NCBI GenBank assembly: GCA_051859245.1
Contig: JBHYGA010000001.1
Span: 1,765,506 to 1,829,505, forward strand
Direction of reading: 5' to 3'
DNA length: 64,000 nt
Source of the DNA: Gemmatimonadaceae bacterium
GTDB lineage: Bacteria > Gemmatimonadota > Gemmatimonadetes > Gemmatimonadales > Gemmatimonadaceae
Within the stretch, counting starts at the first letter, position 1; every line of letters begins with the position of its first letter. Of this stretch, positions 9,046 to 18,020 are shown piece by piece. Made by a program: the position numbers and the translations under genes. The notes under the pieces were generated by a model. That model was not told where the DNA came from, ran no database searches, and saw only the letters and a list, made by a program, of their open reading frames with translations.

Positions 9046-11475
9046 ATGGATCGAACTGACTCTACGCTGCCCGACTGGACCCCACGGTTTGCCTGGGGCT
9101 GGGCAGTCCTGACATGCCTGATCTGCACCATGCTGCTCGCCTGGCCCGCCCTGAGCGGCGGCTTCCTGGTGAATCCGCATTCCGATCAATACATCGCGGG
9201 TTATTCGTTCCGTCATTTCGCAGCGCAAATGCTGCAAAGCGGTCAGGGCATACCGCAGTGGAACCCGTACCTGCAAGGCGGCATGCCGTACGTGGCCGCA
9301 ATGCACGGCGACATTTTTTATCCCACGTTTTTGCTGCGCATGTTGTTGCCAACAGACGTGGCGATGACCTGGGGCTTCGTGATTCACACCATGCTGGCCG
9401 GTGTGTTTACCATCGGGTTTCTGCGCGCGGTCGGGATGGGCTTGCTGCCGGCAACCGTCGGCGGGGTGGCCTACATGCTGAGCGGTCAGCTCGCGTCGTT
9501 TCCGAGTCCGGGCCACGACGGCAAGCTCTTTGTGAGCACGCTGCTGCCGCTCACGCTCTGGATGCTGGTGCGAGGCGTGCGTGACGGGAGAAAATGGGCG
9601 TGGGGCGCGCTGGCCATCGTCGTTGGACTGGGTGTGTTGTCGCCGCATCCGCAGTTGCTGCAGTATCTGTTGCTGACCGCAGGCGCGTTCGCGCTGTTCA
9701 TTGCACTCAAGCCGTCGGCTGTGTCTGTGACGGCACCAACAGGCAAGAGCACCGACGCGACGGCAAAAAAGACGCAGCTGCCGCGACTCGGTCTCGCGCT
9801 CGGCGCAGTCGCGATCGGTTTCGCGATCGGCGCGGTCCAGTTTCTTCCGGTGAGCGAATACGTGGACTGGTCGCCGCGTGAAGGTGGCAAGGACTACACG
9901 TACGCGTCGTCGTACTCCATGCCGCTTGAAGAAACGATCAACATGTGGATTCCGCAGTTCTCCGGTATTCTCGACAACTACTGGGGATCAAATGGCATTC
10001 ACTTCCACAGCGAATACCTCGGCGTTGCGGTCATTCTCCTGGCGTTTGCCGGTCTCGCCGGCGGCGTGCACAAACACATGCGGGCGCACGCCTGGTTCTG
10101 GCTCGGCACCGCGATCGTCACGCTCTTCTGGGCGTGGGGCGGCAACACGCCGTTCTACAAACTGGTGTACTGGCTGGTGCCAGGCTCCAAGTATTTCCGC
10201 GCGCCCAGCACAATTCTGTTCGTGGTCACGTTCTCCACAGCCATGCTGGCGGCCTTTGGCGCGGAGCGTCTGCTGGGCGGAAAGCTGAGTAATCGGTTCG
10301 CCATCGGCGCGGCGGCGGCGGGCGTGCTGACGGCTGTGCTCGCGTCGGTCGGCTTTTTCTCAAGCATCGCGCAAGCCGTGATGGTGGATCCGTCGCTGAT
10401 CGTCAAAGTCGACGCAAACGCTTCGGCTCTGGTGGCCGGTGGCTGGCGCGTGGCGGTGGTGGCGTTGCTCGTGGCCGCGATCGCGTTTGCCGCCACGCAA
10501 AAAAAGCTCCCGGCTCGCGCACTGGGAATCGCGCTGATCGCGGTGGTGGCTCTCGACCTGTGGAGTATCGGTCGGCAGTACTGGCTCTTCAGCGAGGGCG
10601 CGGACAAGCTCTTCGCGACAGACGCCGTCGTGGACTATCTCGCCGCGCAGAAAGAACCCGGCCGCGTCATTACTGGCGCGTTCGAGGGCGGGGAGCCGAT
10701 CAATGGTCGGGACCCGTTCTACGGACACTCCGGTCTCATGGCCTACAATATCAGAGCGGTCACAGGCTACCACGGCAACGAGCTTGGTCGCTATCGCCGA
10801 CTGATCGAGTCGACGGAGAGTGGGATGTTTGGCAATCCCAACTTTTGGGCACTAGCCAATGTCCAGTATTTGTACACTAACCTTCCTGAGTTGCCAATCG
10901 AAGGCGCAACCAAGGTGGCCGGGCCGGCAACCAACGCGGCTGGCAACACCGTCTATCTGTACCGAATGCCGGGCGAAAATCCGTACGCGTGGGTTGTCCC
11001 GCTGCGAGTGAAGTCCGACGACGAAAGCGCACTCGCCACCGTGATCGATCCGCGATTCAATCTCGATCGCGCGGTCTTGTTCGCCGCCGACGCGCCGGTC
11101 AACGCACAGGAAGCAAACAAGGTGGCCACGGTGCCTGAACCGCTGGACGTCAAAGCGCGCGTGACGAGTTATGCGCCAGGCGCCGTGGATATCACGCTGG
11201 AAGGCGCGGTACCCGAAGGCGCGACACTGGTGGTTTCCGAGAACTTCTACCCGGGTTGGACCGCCACCGTGGACGGCGCGAACGCACCAATTGGCCGCGC
11301 GAATTACGTGATTACCGGTGTGGAGCTTCCGGCCGGCGCGAAGTCGGTGAGCCTGCGCTTTGACAATCCAAAGAACCACACGGGACGGCTGGTGACCTTG
11401 CTCGCGCTGGGACTGGCGGTGCTCTGGCTGGCGTACGGGGTGGTGGCGGATCGCCGGAGTGTTCCGAGTGCCTGA
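9046..11475 (+). CDS. YfhO-family GT-C-type integral membrane glycosyltransferase
   Basis: PQWNPYLQGGMP...FYP, many TM helices, YFRAPS, C-terminal SENFYPGWTATVDG periplasmic domain and terminal TM; ATG at 9046 preferred. Confidence 0.85.
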   Translation: MDRTDSTLPDWTPRFAWGWAVLTCLICTMLLAWPALSGGFLVNPHSDQYIAGYSFRHFAAQMLQSGQGIPQWNPYLQGGMPYVAAMHGDIFYPTFLLRMLLPTDVAMTWGFVIHTMLAGVFTIGFLRAVGMGLLPATVGGVAYMLSGQLASFPSPGHDGKLFVSTLLPLTLWMLVRGVRDGRKWAWGALAIVVGLGVLSPHPQLLQYLLLTAGAFALFIALKPSAVSVTAPTGKSTDATAKKTQLPRLGLALGAVAIGFAIGAVQFLPVSEYVDWSPREGGKDYTYASSYSMPLEETINMWIPQFSGILDNYWGSNGIHFHSEYLGVAVILLAFAGLAGGVHKHMRAHAWFWLGTAIVTLFWAWGGNTPFYKLVYWLVPGSKYFRAPSTILFVVTFSTAMLAAFGAERLLGGKLSNRFAIGAAAAGVLTAVLASVGFFSSIAQAVMVDPSLIVKVDANASALVAGGWRVAVVALLVAAIAFAATQKKLPARALGIALIAVVALDLWSIGRQYWLFSEGADKLFATDAVVDYLAAQKEPGRVITGAFEGGEPINGRDPFYGHSGLMAYNIRAVTGYHGNELGRYRRLIESTESGMFGNPNFWALANVQYLYTNLPELPIEGATKVAGPATNAAGNTVYLYRMPGENPYAWVVPLRVKSDDESALATVIDPRFNLDRAVLFAADAPVNAQEANKVATVPEPLDVKARVTSYAPGAVDITLEGAVPEGATLVVSENFYPGWTATVDGANAPIGRANYVITGVELPAGAKSVSLRFDNPKNHTGRLVTLLALGLAVLWLAYGVVADRRSVPSA

Positions 11476-12235
11476 TCGCTCTACACCGTGGTCCCCGCAG
11501 GCTCCGATACCTGAAGGCGAACGTGCACTCGTGATCGTGCCCACGTACAACGAGCGCGAAAACATTCTGAAAATCGTGCCACGCATTCTGGCCGAGGATC
11601 CTCGGCTTGAAGTCCTGGTCGTGGACGATAACTCGCCCGACGGCACCGGTCAGCTCGCGGACCAACTTGCCGCGGCCGATCCGCGCGTGAACGTGCTGCA
11701 TCGACCGGGAAAAGCCGGCCTCGGTCGCGCCTATCTGGCGGGCTTCGAATGGGCCTTGCAGCGTGACTATGCGTACATCTTTGAGATGGACGCGGACTTC
11801 TCGCACGATCCGGCGCACCTCACGGAGTTCCTGCACGCGATTCAGGACGCCGATATGGTGCTCGGATCGCGGTATCGTCAGGGCAGGGTAACCGTTGTGA
11901 ACTGGCCGATGACTCGGCTGTTGCTCTCGTACTCGGCCAACATTTACGCGCGCCTGGTGACGGGGCTCCATCTGGGCGATGCCACCGGTGGCTTTAAGTG
12001 CTTCCGGCGCAAAGTGCTCGAAGCAATTCCGCTGGATCAGGTACGATCAAACGGGTACGCTTTTCAGATCGAGATGAGCTACCGCGCCTGGAAGCGCGGA
12101 TTCCGAATTGCTGAGATCCCGATCGTGTTTAATGATCGCACCGAAGGCGAGTCGAAGATGTCCAAACGCATCGTTCGCGAGGCGGTGTGGATGGTGTGGC
12201 GACTTCGCTGGTGGGGCATTACTGGCCGCTATTGA
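11468..12235 (+). CDS. Polyprenol-monophosphomannose (Dol-P-Man) synthase-like GT2
   Basis: IVPTYNERENI, VDDNSPDGTG, EMDADFSH, DATGGFKCF, SNGYAFQIEM, GESKMS match Dpm1/Ppm1. Confidence 0.9.
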   Translation: MPDRSTPWSPQAPIPEGERALVIVPTYNERENILKIVPRILAEDPRLEVLVVDDNSPDGTGQLADQLAAADPRVNVLHRPGKAGLGRAYLAGFEWALQRDYAYIFEMDADFSHDPAHLTEFLHAIQDADMVLGSRYRQGRVTVVNWPMTRLLLSYSANIYARLVTGLHLGDATGGFKCFRRKVLEAIPLDQVRSNGYAFQIEMSYRAWKRGFRIAEIPIVFNDRTEGESKMSKRIVREAVWMVWRLRWWGITGRY

Positions 12236-12247
12236 GCCTGCGGGTCT

Positions 12248-13219
12248 ATGACATCTCCTGAAGCATCTTCCGCGGCGCTTTCCGCACTGGTCGGTGTTCC
12301 GTTCACCAAGATGACCGGTTCGGGCAACGATTTTGTGGTGTTCGACGGACGTGAAGTTTCGTCTGAACTTCTCACGAAACCTGAGGTGATACAGGCTATC
12401 TGTAGCCGCACCAACGGAATAGGCTCTGATGGTATCGTTATTCTCGAACCATCGGATGAGAACTCACCTCTGGACCGGCCGACCTCGGACAAGGTGCCGA
12501 GCGAGGCGAGCTCAGCCGATTTCTCAGGTCGTCCGATCCGGCTAAGGTACTTCAACAGGGATGGTACACTTGGTGAGCTGTGCGGAAACGCCACCTTGTG
12601 CAGTACCAACTTCGCGATTCTCGCAGGCTTGTCGGCTCCGAATCGCGTATTGCTCGATACGGACGCAGGACGTGTGAGCGCGCGGGTTGCCGACGGCACG
12701 CCGGAGATCGACATCGCACCGGTTGATCAGGTGCTGGAGGAGCTGCCGGCGATCGGTCTGGCGCCGGGTGAGCAGCGTGTCGGCTTCGCGCTGGTGGGCG
12801 TTCCGCATGTCGTGATCCTCACGAGCGACCTGGCGAATACTGATGTGTTCAATCGCGGCCGGTCAATTCGGCAGGACGCCGCACTGCAGCCAGCGGGCGC
12901 GAATGCGAACTGGGTCGCCCAGCTTCCGGATGGGCGGTGGGCCTACCGAACCTACGAGCGTGGCGTCGAGGACGAGACACTGGCCTGCGGTACCGGTGCG
13001 ATCGCGGCAGCCATTCTTCTCACGAGCTGGGGGTTGGCCAGCGGTCCTGTGGAGCTGGTCACGCGCTCCGGAAGGCCGGTTCGGGTGCGCTTCGCTGGGC
13101 GTTCACAGGAGTCGGCGGCGTCTCACCCGAAAGAGGGAGACGCGATCCCGTCCTGGCGCGCGTCGCTTCGGGGTGAGGGTCGGGTCGTGTTCCGCGGCCG
13201 AATCGAGGCGCTGGGCTGA
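12248..13219 (+). CDS. dapF: Diaminopimelate epimerase
   Basis: FTKMTGSGNDF, GIGSDG, catalytic CGNA and ACGTG, ERGVEDETL. Confidence 0.95.
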   Translation: MTSPEASSAALSALVGVPFTKMTGSGNDFVVFDGREVSSELLTKPEVIQAICSRTNGIGSDGIVILEPSDENSPLDRPTSDKVPSEASSADFSGRPIRLRYFNRDGTLGELCGNATLCSTNFAILAGLSAPNRVLLDTDAGRVSARVADGTPEIDIAPVDQVLEELPAIGLAPGEQRVGFALVGVPHVVILTSDLANTDVFNRGRSIRQDAALQPAGANANWVAQLPDGRWAYRTYERGVEDETLACGTGAIAAAILLTSWGLASGPVELVTRSGRPVRVRFAGRSQESAASHPKEGDAIPSWRASLRGEGRVVFRGRIEALG

Positions 13220-13404
13220 ACCTGTGCATTTCTCGCGCCATCGTGCGCGGTTTTTCGACCAACTGTCGTGAGTGCCGAAACGTCCGCATTCTGCGCGAAG
13301 GAATGTGGAGAGATCAGCCTAATACGACGAACGTGACGTCACATCTGAGAGAACACGCGAGCTGAGTGGGCTAACGTGTTGTCCAACAAGGCAGTGCGAT
13401 CACA

Positions 13405-13456
13405 TGTGCAAAGCGCAAGTACCGGTGAGCTGGAATGTTGTCCACAGTTATCCACG
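13405..13456. promoter_or_regulatory. Cluster of DnaA-box-like 9-mers
   Basis: CTTTGCACA (-, 13405-13413), TTGTCCACA (+, 13438-13446), TTATCCACG (+, 13448-13456); each has 1 mismatch to TTWTNCACA. Confidence 0.5.
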
Positions 13457-13462
13457 CTACTT

Positions 13463-13490
13463 GGTTTACATAACATATATTATCGGCATT
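13463..13490 (-). other. dif: dif site (XerC/XerD chromosome dimer resolution site)
   Basis: Minus strand AATGCCGATAA-TATATG-TTATGTAAACC: 11-6-11 layout with a XerD arm like the TTATGTAAACT/TTATGTTAAAT consensus; AT-rich island in the gap where gene orientation switches. Confidence 0.88.
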
Positions 13491-13654
13491 CTCTTTGGCC
13501 GATAGCGAACCGTAAGTGTCGTATGATGGGCTGTTGGTGACCCGCTGGTGTCACGTTCCGCCCTCTCGCGTTTGATCACCGCAGATTCAGCTGTAGACGC
13601 TTCCAGGAGCCACCTCCCGACGCGCCCCGACGTTTCGGCGGCTCGGCGCACTCA

Positions 13655-13705
13655 CCAAAACAGAAACCGGGTCGCCTTCGCTCTGCGCGAGTTCGACCCG
13701 GTTTC
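13655..13705 (-). terminator. Probable intrinsic terminator ending the minus-strand gene run
   Basis: 12-bp inverted repeat GAAACCGGGTCG/CGACCCGGTTTC followed on the minus strand by TGTTTT. Confidence 0.6.
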
Positions 13706-13762
13706 AGACTGTGCTACGATCAGGAATTTCGTACCGTTCGGACGCGATGATCAGCCGACGCG

Positions 13763-14443
13763 CTAGTTGGCCGACGCGCTCGCCTTGAGCTCACCAAGGC
13801 GCACCGACGCCTCCTGCGCATACGGCGATCCTTCCTTCGCGACCATCGCCTCGAACAACGCAATCGCCTCCGCGCGCTTGCCGGCACGCATGAGCGCGCG
13901 GCCCTGCGACACCAGGTTGCCATCACGCTCAAGCTCGGTCGCTGCCGATTCGGCAGCCTTGGCGTACGCTTCCGCGGCCTTGTTGAAGTCAGCCAGCCCT
14001 TCGTGGCCGGCGGCGATCAGCTGGTCCATGGCGGCGGCGAACTCCTTTGAGGCGCCGGAGCGCGCCGACTCAAGGCGCTCGATCCCTTCCGCAAACTTGC
14101 CGGCCTCGAAGTAGCTCTGGGCGAGCAACAAGACCGCCTGCTCTCCGGCACTGGTGCCGCCGTAGCGCTTGGCCACATCGTCGAGCGCCTTCTGCGCTTC
14201 GTCCGTTTTGCCGTCGGCCAGCGTACCCTGCGCCGTGTACAAGGCGGTCGACGCATTGGCGTTCTTCTTGGCGTCGGAAGCGCGCACGCCGTAGATGCCG
14301 AGTCCTACCGCGGCAATCACGGCCACGCCGATACCGAGCAGCTTGCCGTTGGACTGCAGCCACATCGTGGCGTTCTCGAGCGGATCGTCAGACGTGATCG
14401 CGGCTGGCGCCGTGGGATTTACTGGACGCAAAGGCTTCGCCAT
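13763..14443 (-). CDS. Membrane-anchored tetratricopeptide-repeat protein (YfgM-like)
   Basis: Single N-terminal TM after W..NGK, then TPR-like helical repeats. Confidence 0.7.
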   Translation of the reverse strand: MAKPLRPVNPTAPAAITSDDPLENATMWLQSNGKLLGIGVAVIAAVGLGIYGVRASDAKKNANASTALYTAQGTLADGKTDEAQKALDDVAKRYGGTSAGEQAVLLLAQSYFEAGKFAEGIERLESARSGASKEFAAAMDQLIAAGHEGLADFNKAAEAYAKAAESAATELERDGNLVSQGRALMRAGKRAEAIALFEAMVAKEGSPYAQEASVRLGELKASASAN

Positions 14444-14534
14444 GAGTGGACAGCGGATAAGCGGTACATGAAGAATTGAGAGGTCTGCGACGTCTCAATT
14501 GCGAAAATCGCTCGGGTAATCACGAAAGATAGCG

Positions 14535-15800
14535 CTAACCGTCTGTGATGCGAAGGGTCGCCCCCTCGCTGCGTGCCACCACGAGTGCGGTGAGCTGGTC
14601 GCCCATCACGTTCGGCACCGTCCGGGCCATGTCGAGAATGCGGTCCACGCCCAGGATCAGTGCTATCCCCTCGCCCGGGACGCCGACCGTCTCCAGGATC
14701 AACACGAGCAGCGGAATGGAGCCTCCCGGTACACCGGCCGCGCCAACCGCGGTGATCACCGACATCACGATGACGATGAGCTGGCTGGTCAGGCTCAGCT
14801 CCACGCCGAAGACCTGCGCCAGGAACAGCACCGTCATGCCCTCGAAGAGCGCGGTGCCATTCATGTTCATGGTGGCACCGAGCGGCAGCACGAACGACGC
14901 GATTTCTTTTGGCACCCCGAACTGTTCTTCGGCCGTGCGAATATTCTCGGGCAGCGACGCGTTCGAACTCGACGTGGAAAACGCCGTCACCATGAGCCCT
15001 CGGCATTTGCCAAAAAACTGCCGATACGGAATACCCACAAAGAACTTCGCAATCGAACCCGTCACGCCAAACAGCTGCAGTGACAAGCCGAGCAAGACCG
15101 TCCCCACATAGAGCGCGAGCGTTTGCAGTACGTCGGCACCAAAGCGCACGGTCACACCGAAGATCAACCCGGCCACGCCGTACGGCGCCAGCTTCATGGC
15201 GTAGCCGATGATTCGCGTGACCACATCAACAAGCCCTTCAAGCACCGCGATGATTGGTCGCGATCGCTCCTGACTGATCTGCGTGAGCGCCACGCCGAAC
15301 ACGAGCGAGAAGAAGATCAGGCCGAGCATATCGCCGCGCGCGGCCGAGTCGACAGGATTGCGCGGCACAATATTGACGAATGTTTGAACGCCAAACTCGG
15401 CGCCCCCGCCCACTCGGGTCTCTGCTTCGCCGGAATATTGCGCGAGCAACTGCGTGCGGACTTCAGGCGAAAGCGATTTTCCGGGCCCGATGACATTGAC
15501 CAACGTCAGCCCAATCAGCGCGGCAAAGGCGGTGGTCAGAAAGAAGAAGCCCATCGCTTTACCGCCAATGCGACCGATTCGACTCAGGTCGCCGAGCGAT
15601 GCCACACCGAGGGTGACGGAACCGAAGATGAGCGGGACGACGATCATAAAGAGCATGCGCAGAAACACCTGCCCTACCGGCGTCGCGACGTTCTCGACAA
15701 TCCAGAGCAACTGCGGCGCGTCAGCGAAGAAGGTCTTGGACGCAATGCCGGCGGCGGCCCCGAGCGCGAGGCCGAGCATGATCTTGTTATGTAATTTCAC
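14535..15800 (-). CDS. Dicarboxylate/amino acid:cation symporter (GltP/DAACS family)
   Basis: FLRMLFMIVVPLIF, AFSTSSSNASLP, LPLGATMNMNGTAL, GVDRILDMART. Confidence 0.93.
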   Translation of the reverse strand: MKLHNKIMLGLALGAAAGIASKTFFADAPQLLWIVENVATPVGQVFLRMLFMIVVPLIFGSVTLGVASLGDLSRIGRIGGKAMGFFFLTTAFAALIGLTLVNVIGPGKSLSPEVRTQLLAQYSGEAETRVGGGAEFGVQTFVNIVPRNPVDSAARGDMLGLIFFSLVFGVALTQISQERSRPIIAVLEGLVDVVTRIIGYAMKLAPYGVAGLIFGVTVRFGADVLQTLALYVGTVLLGLSLQLFGVTGSIAKFFVGIPYRQFFGKCRGLMVTAFSTSSSNASLPENIRTAEEQFGVPKEIASFVLPLGATMNMNGTALFEGMTVLFLAQVFGVELSLTSQLIVIVMSVITAVGAAGVPGGSIPLLVLILETVGVPGEGIALILGVDRILDMARTVPNVMGDQLTALVVARSEGATLRITDG

Positions 15801-15996
15801 TTCGTACGGGCGTCGGATGAATGCAGGACGTGCGGCCGAGTGCAGCGTCTAACCTATAATCGGGTACGGCTCGCACCAAGCATTTGCTGCACATCCAATG
15901 CGCATGCCCTCAACATCTCGCCCGAACGACGCATCCTGATAGTCTTCGCGGCGCGTCTTACGTGACGCCGCGCTGACGCACGCGCGTAACACAAAG

Positions 15997-16070
15997 TGCC
16001 CCCGAGAGGAATCGAACCTCCGGCCAACGGTTTAGGAAACCGCTGCTCTATCCAACTGAGCTACGGGGGC
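15997..16070 (-). tRNA. tRNA-Arg (anticodon CCT), CCA not encoded
   Basis: GCCCCCG acceptor stem, TAGCTCAGTTGGATAGAGC D-arm, GCGGT-TTCCTAA-ACCGT anticodon arm, GGAGGTTCGATTCCTCT T-arm. Confidence 0.96.
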
Positions 16071-16121
16071 GTGCACCAACGGATACGGCAACGAACGAAC
16101 TCAAAAAATAGCGTCGTCGCC

Positions 16122-16670
16122 CTACTCCACCAACCACACCGCGTCCATGCGCCGCTCACCAAGCGCATCGCGTCCCTGCAAAAATCCGAGTTCCATCAGC
16201 ACGGACACACCGACCACCACCCCGCCCTGTCGCTCAACCAGCCGACACGCGGCGGCGGCAGTCCCGCCCGTCGCCAACACATCGTCAACCACAAGCACTC
16301 GGCTGCCCGGCGTGATCGCATCGATGTGAATCTCAAGCGCATCGTCACCGTATTCCAGCGCGTAGCTCTCGCGTGAAGTACGCCAGGGCAGCTTGCCTGG
16401 CTTGCGTACCGGAACGAACGCGGCGCCCAGCCCAAGCGCCATCGGCACACCGAAAAAGAAACCACGGCTCTCCACAGCCACGACATGCGTCACACCGTGA
16501 TTCGCATACGGGGCTTGCATGGCGTCGATCACATCGCGCAACAGCGCAGCGTCGGCAAGCAGTGGCGTGATGTCCTTGAACTGAATACCAGGCTTGGGGA
16601 AATCCTGCACATCACGAATGGCCAGCTGCACGCGCGCAACGAGCGCCGAAGACGCGGAAGGGTTTGACAT
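16122..16670 (-). CDS. apt: Adenine phosphoribosyltransferase
   Basis: DFPKPGIQFKDITPLL, VRKPGKLP, YALEYG, VVDDVLATGGT. Confidence 0.97.
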   Translation of the reverse strand: MSNPSASSALVARVQLAIRDVQDFPKPGIQFKDITPLLADAALLRDVIDAMQAPYANHGVTHVVAVESRGFFFGVPMALGLGAAFVPVRKPGKLPWRTSRESYALEYGDDALEIHIDAITPGSRVLVVDDVLATGGTAAAACRLVERQGGVVVGVSVLMELGFLQGRDALGERRMDAVWLVE

Positions 16671-16967
16671 TTATCTGAGAATCGTGAATGACTCGGGCAG
16701 TGGCGTGCTGGGCGGGATCGTTTCTTCGATGCGCTCGACGGCGGCACCCGGCGGTCCGTCGTAGAGCAGCGCCCGCAGCTTGGCAATGGTGGTCTCCGCA
16801 CCACTGGCGTGCACTTCCACCGAACCGTCTTCACGATTGCGAACGGTACCGCGCACGCCGAGACGTCGCGCCTGATCGCGCACAAACCAACGGAAGCCAA
16901 CACCTTGCACGCGACCATACACCACACACGACAAGCGACCGCGATGCGACAGCGAACGGTCGCTCAC
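16671..16967 (-). CDS. acyP: Acylphosphatase
   Basis: GRVQGVGFR, GTVRNREDGSVEV, GPPGAAV; start uncertain (GTG 16967 chosen). Confidence 0.92.
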   Translation of the reverse strand: MSDRSLSHRGRLSCVVYGRVQGVGFRWFVRDQARRLGVRGTVRNREDGSVEVHASGAETTIAKLRALLYDGPPGAAVERIEETIPPSTPLPESFTILR

Positions 16968-17050
16968 GAGCGTTCCACACGGGACGTTCGCGTTAGATTC
17001 GCGCGATGTAAGGTGTTGCTGCGGCACATCCCTGCATTTTAGCGTGCCGC

Positions 17051-17944
17051 TTACGGTCGCGCACCCAAGAGAGATGCAAGCGCCGCCGCCAGCGCCGCGG
17101 CATCGCCACGATCAGCAACAAACCCTGGGACCTGCAGCTCTCCGCTGCGCAGTCGCCGTGCGATGGACTCAAGCGACGCCGCGGCGGCCTGCTGATCACC
17201 AGTCGGCAGCGGCGGCGGCGACATTGGAGCGGGCGGCTCACCAAAGGCGCGGGCCCACTCGGTCTCAGCGGCCATATCGCGAGCGCCCGAGTTTGGCAGC
17301 GCCGGCATGATGTCCATCCACGCGTCGTCATCCTGCCACGGCGTATGCGACACGGTCGGCACGGGGGGCATGGGCGTGGGCGCACTGACGGGCTCTTTGG
17401 ACGCCGCCGCGAGCTCCTCGGCGAGCCGCGCGATATGCTCGCTGACATCGGCGATAGCCCACGCATCGTCTGCCGCAGGCTGTTCTGGCGTCGCAGGCTC
17501 CTCCTGCCCCTCGCCCTCCGTGGCCAGGTGCTCCGGCGCGAGGTACTCCGCTGCGGCATCCTCCATCACCGACGCCTCGAACGACGCCTCAAACGACGGC
17601 TCGAACGACGCCTCTTCGACTGCAGTGGCCTCGATCATTGGCGCGAAGGACGCCTCTTCGAGGGCCGCAGCCTCGATCATGGGCTCGTACGACACCGACT
17701 CGGCCCCCGCGTACGAATCGTCGGCAAACGCTTCAATCCACGGCAGCTCAGCGTCGTCAGGCGCACTCGGCTGCGCGATCTCGAGCGCCTCGGCGGGACC
17801 ACGCACGTGTTCGGCAGTGCGCCAGCTCGGCGGCACGAATGGTGTGCTCAGCGCAGCCGACGCGACTCGCGGTAGCTCCGCCGGAGACGCTACCGGTGCA
17901 GCGTATGGTGGCAACAATGACGACCGCTCAGGATTGGAAGACAT
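17051..17944 (-). CDS. Acidic Pro/Ala/Glu-rich hypothetical protein with internal repeats
   Basis: Codon usage like neighbouring genes; low-complexity core; helical C-terminus (AAASLESIARRLRSGEL); ATG 17944 avoids overlap with pcm. Confidence 0.65.
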   Translation of the reverse strand: MSSNPERSSLLPPYAAPVASPAELPRVASAALSTPFVPPSWRTAEHVRGPAEALEIAQPSAPDDAELPWIEAFADDSYAGAESVSYEPMIEAAALEEASFAPMIEATAVEEASFEPSFEASFEASVMEDAAAEYLAPEHLATEGEGQEEPATPEQPAADDAWAIADVSEHIARLAEELAAASKEPVSAPTPMPPVPTVSHTPWQDDDAWMDIMPALPNSGARDMAAETEWARAFGEPPAPMSPPPLPTGDQQAAAASLESIARRLRSGELQVPGFVADRGDAAALAAALASLLGARP

Positions 17945-18020
17945 TTCACACTCGGGCTGACGATCGACGTGGGCCATTCGCTGCTCGCACCGCGCGAGCG
18001 AGAGAACAACAACCGGTGCT

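Noticed and set aside
13333..13554. matS-like GTGAC/GTCAC inverted repeats (13333-13342 and 13537-13554)
   Set aside because: Spacers are 0 and 8 nt rather than 3, and MatP is restricted to some Gammaproteobacteria.
13220..13560. oriC, suggested by DnaA boxes plus an AT-rich tract
   Set aside because: The AT-rich tract is itself the dif sequence, genes and the rRNA operon converge on it, there is no dnaA/dnaN nearby and few boxes are present. Not fully excluded without skew data.
13466..13932. Short ORFs in the dif gap
   Set aside because: No motifs or SD; they overlap dif, the terminator or the TPR gene.
15996..16376. 126-aa + strand ORF; tRNA-Arg as an integration site
   Set aside because: The ORF is the antisense reading of the tRNA and apt. 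No integrase or duplicated tRNA 3' end was seen.
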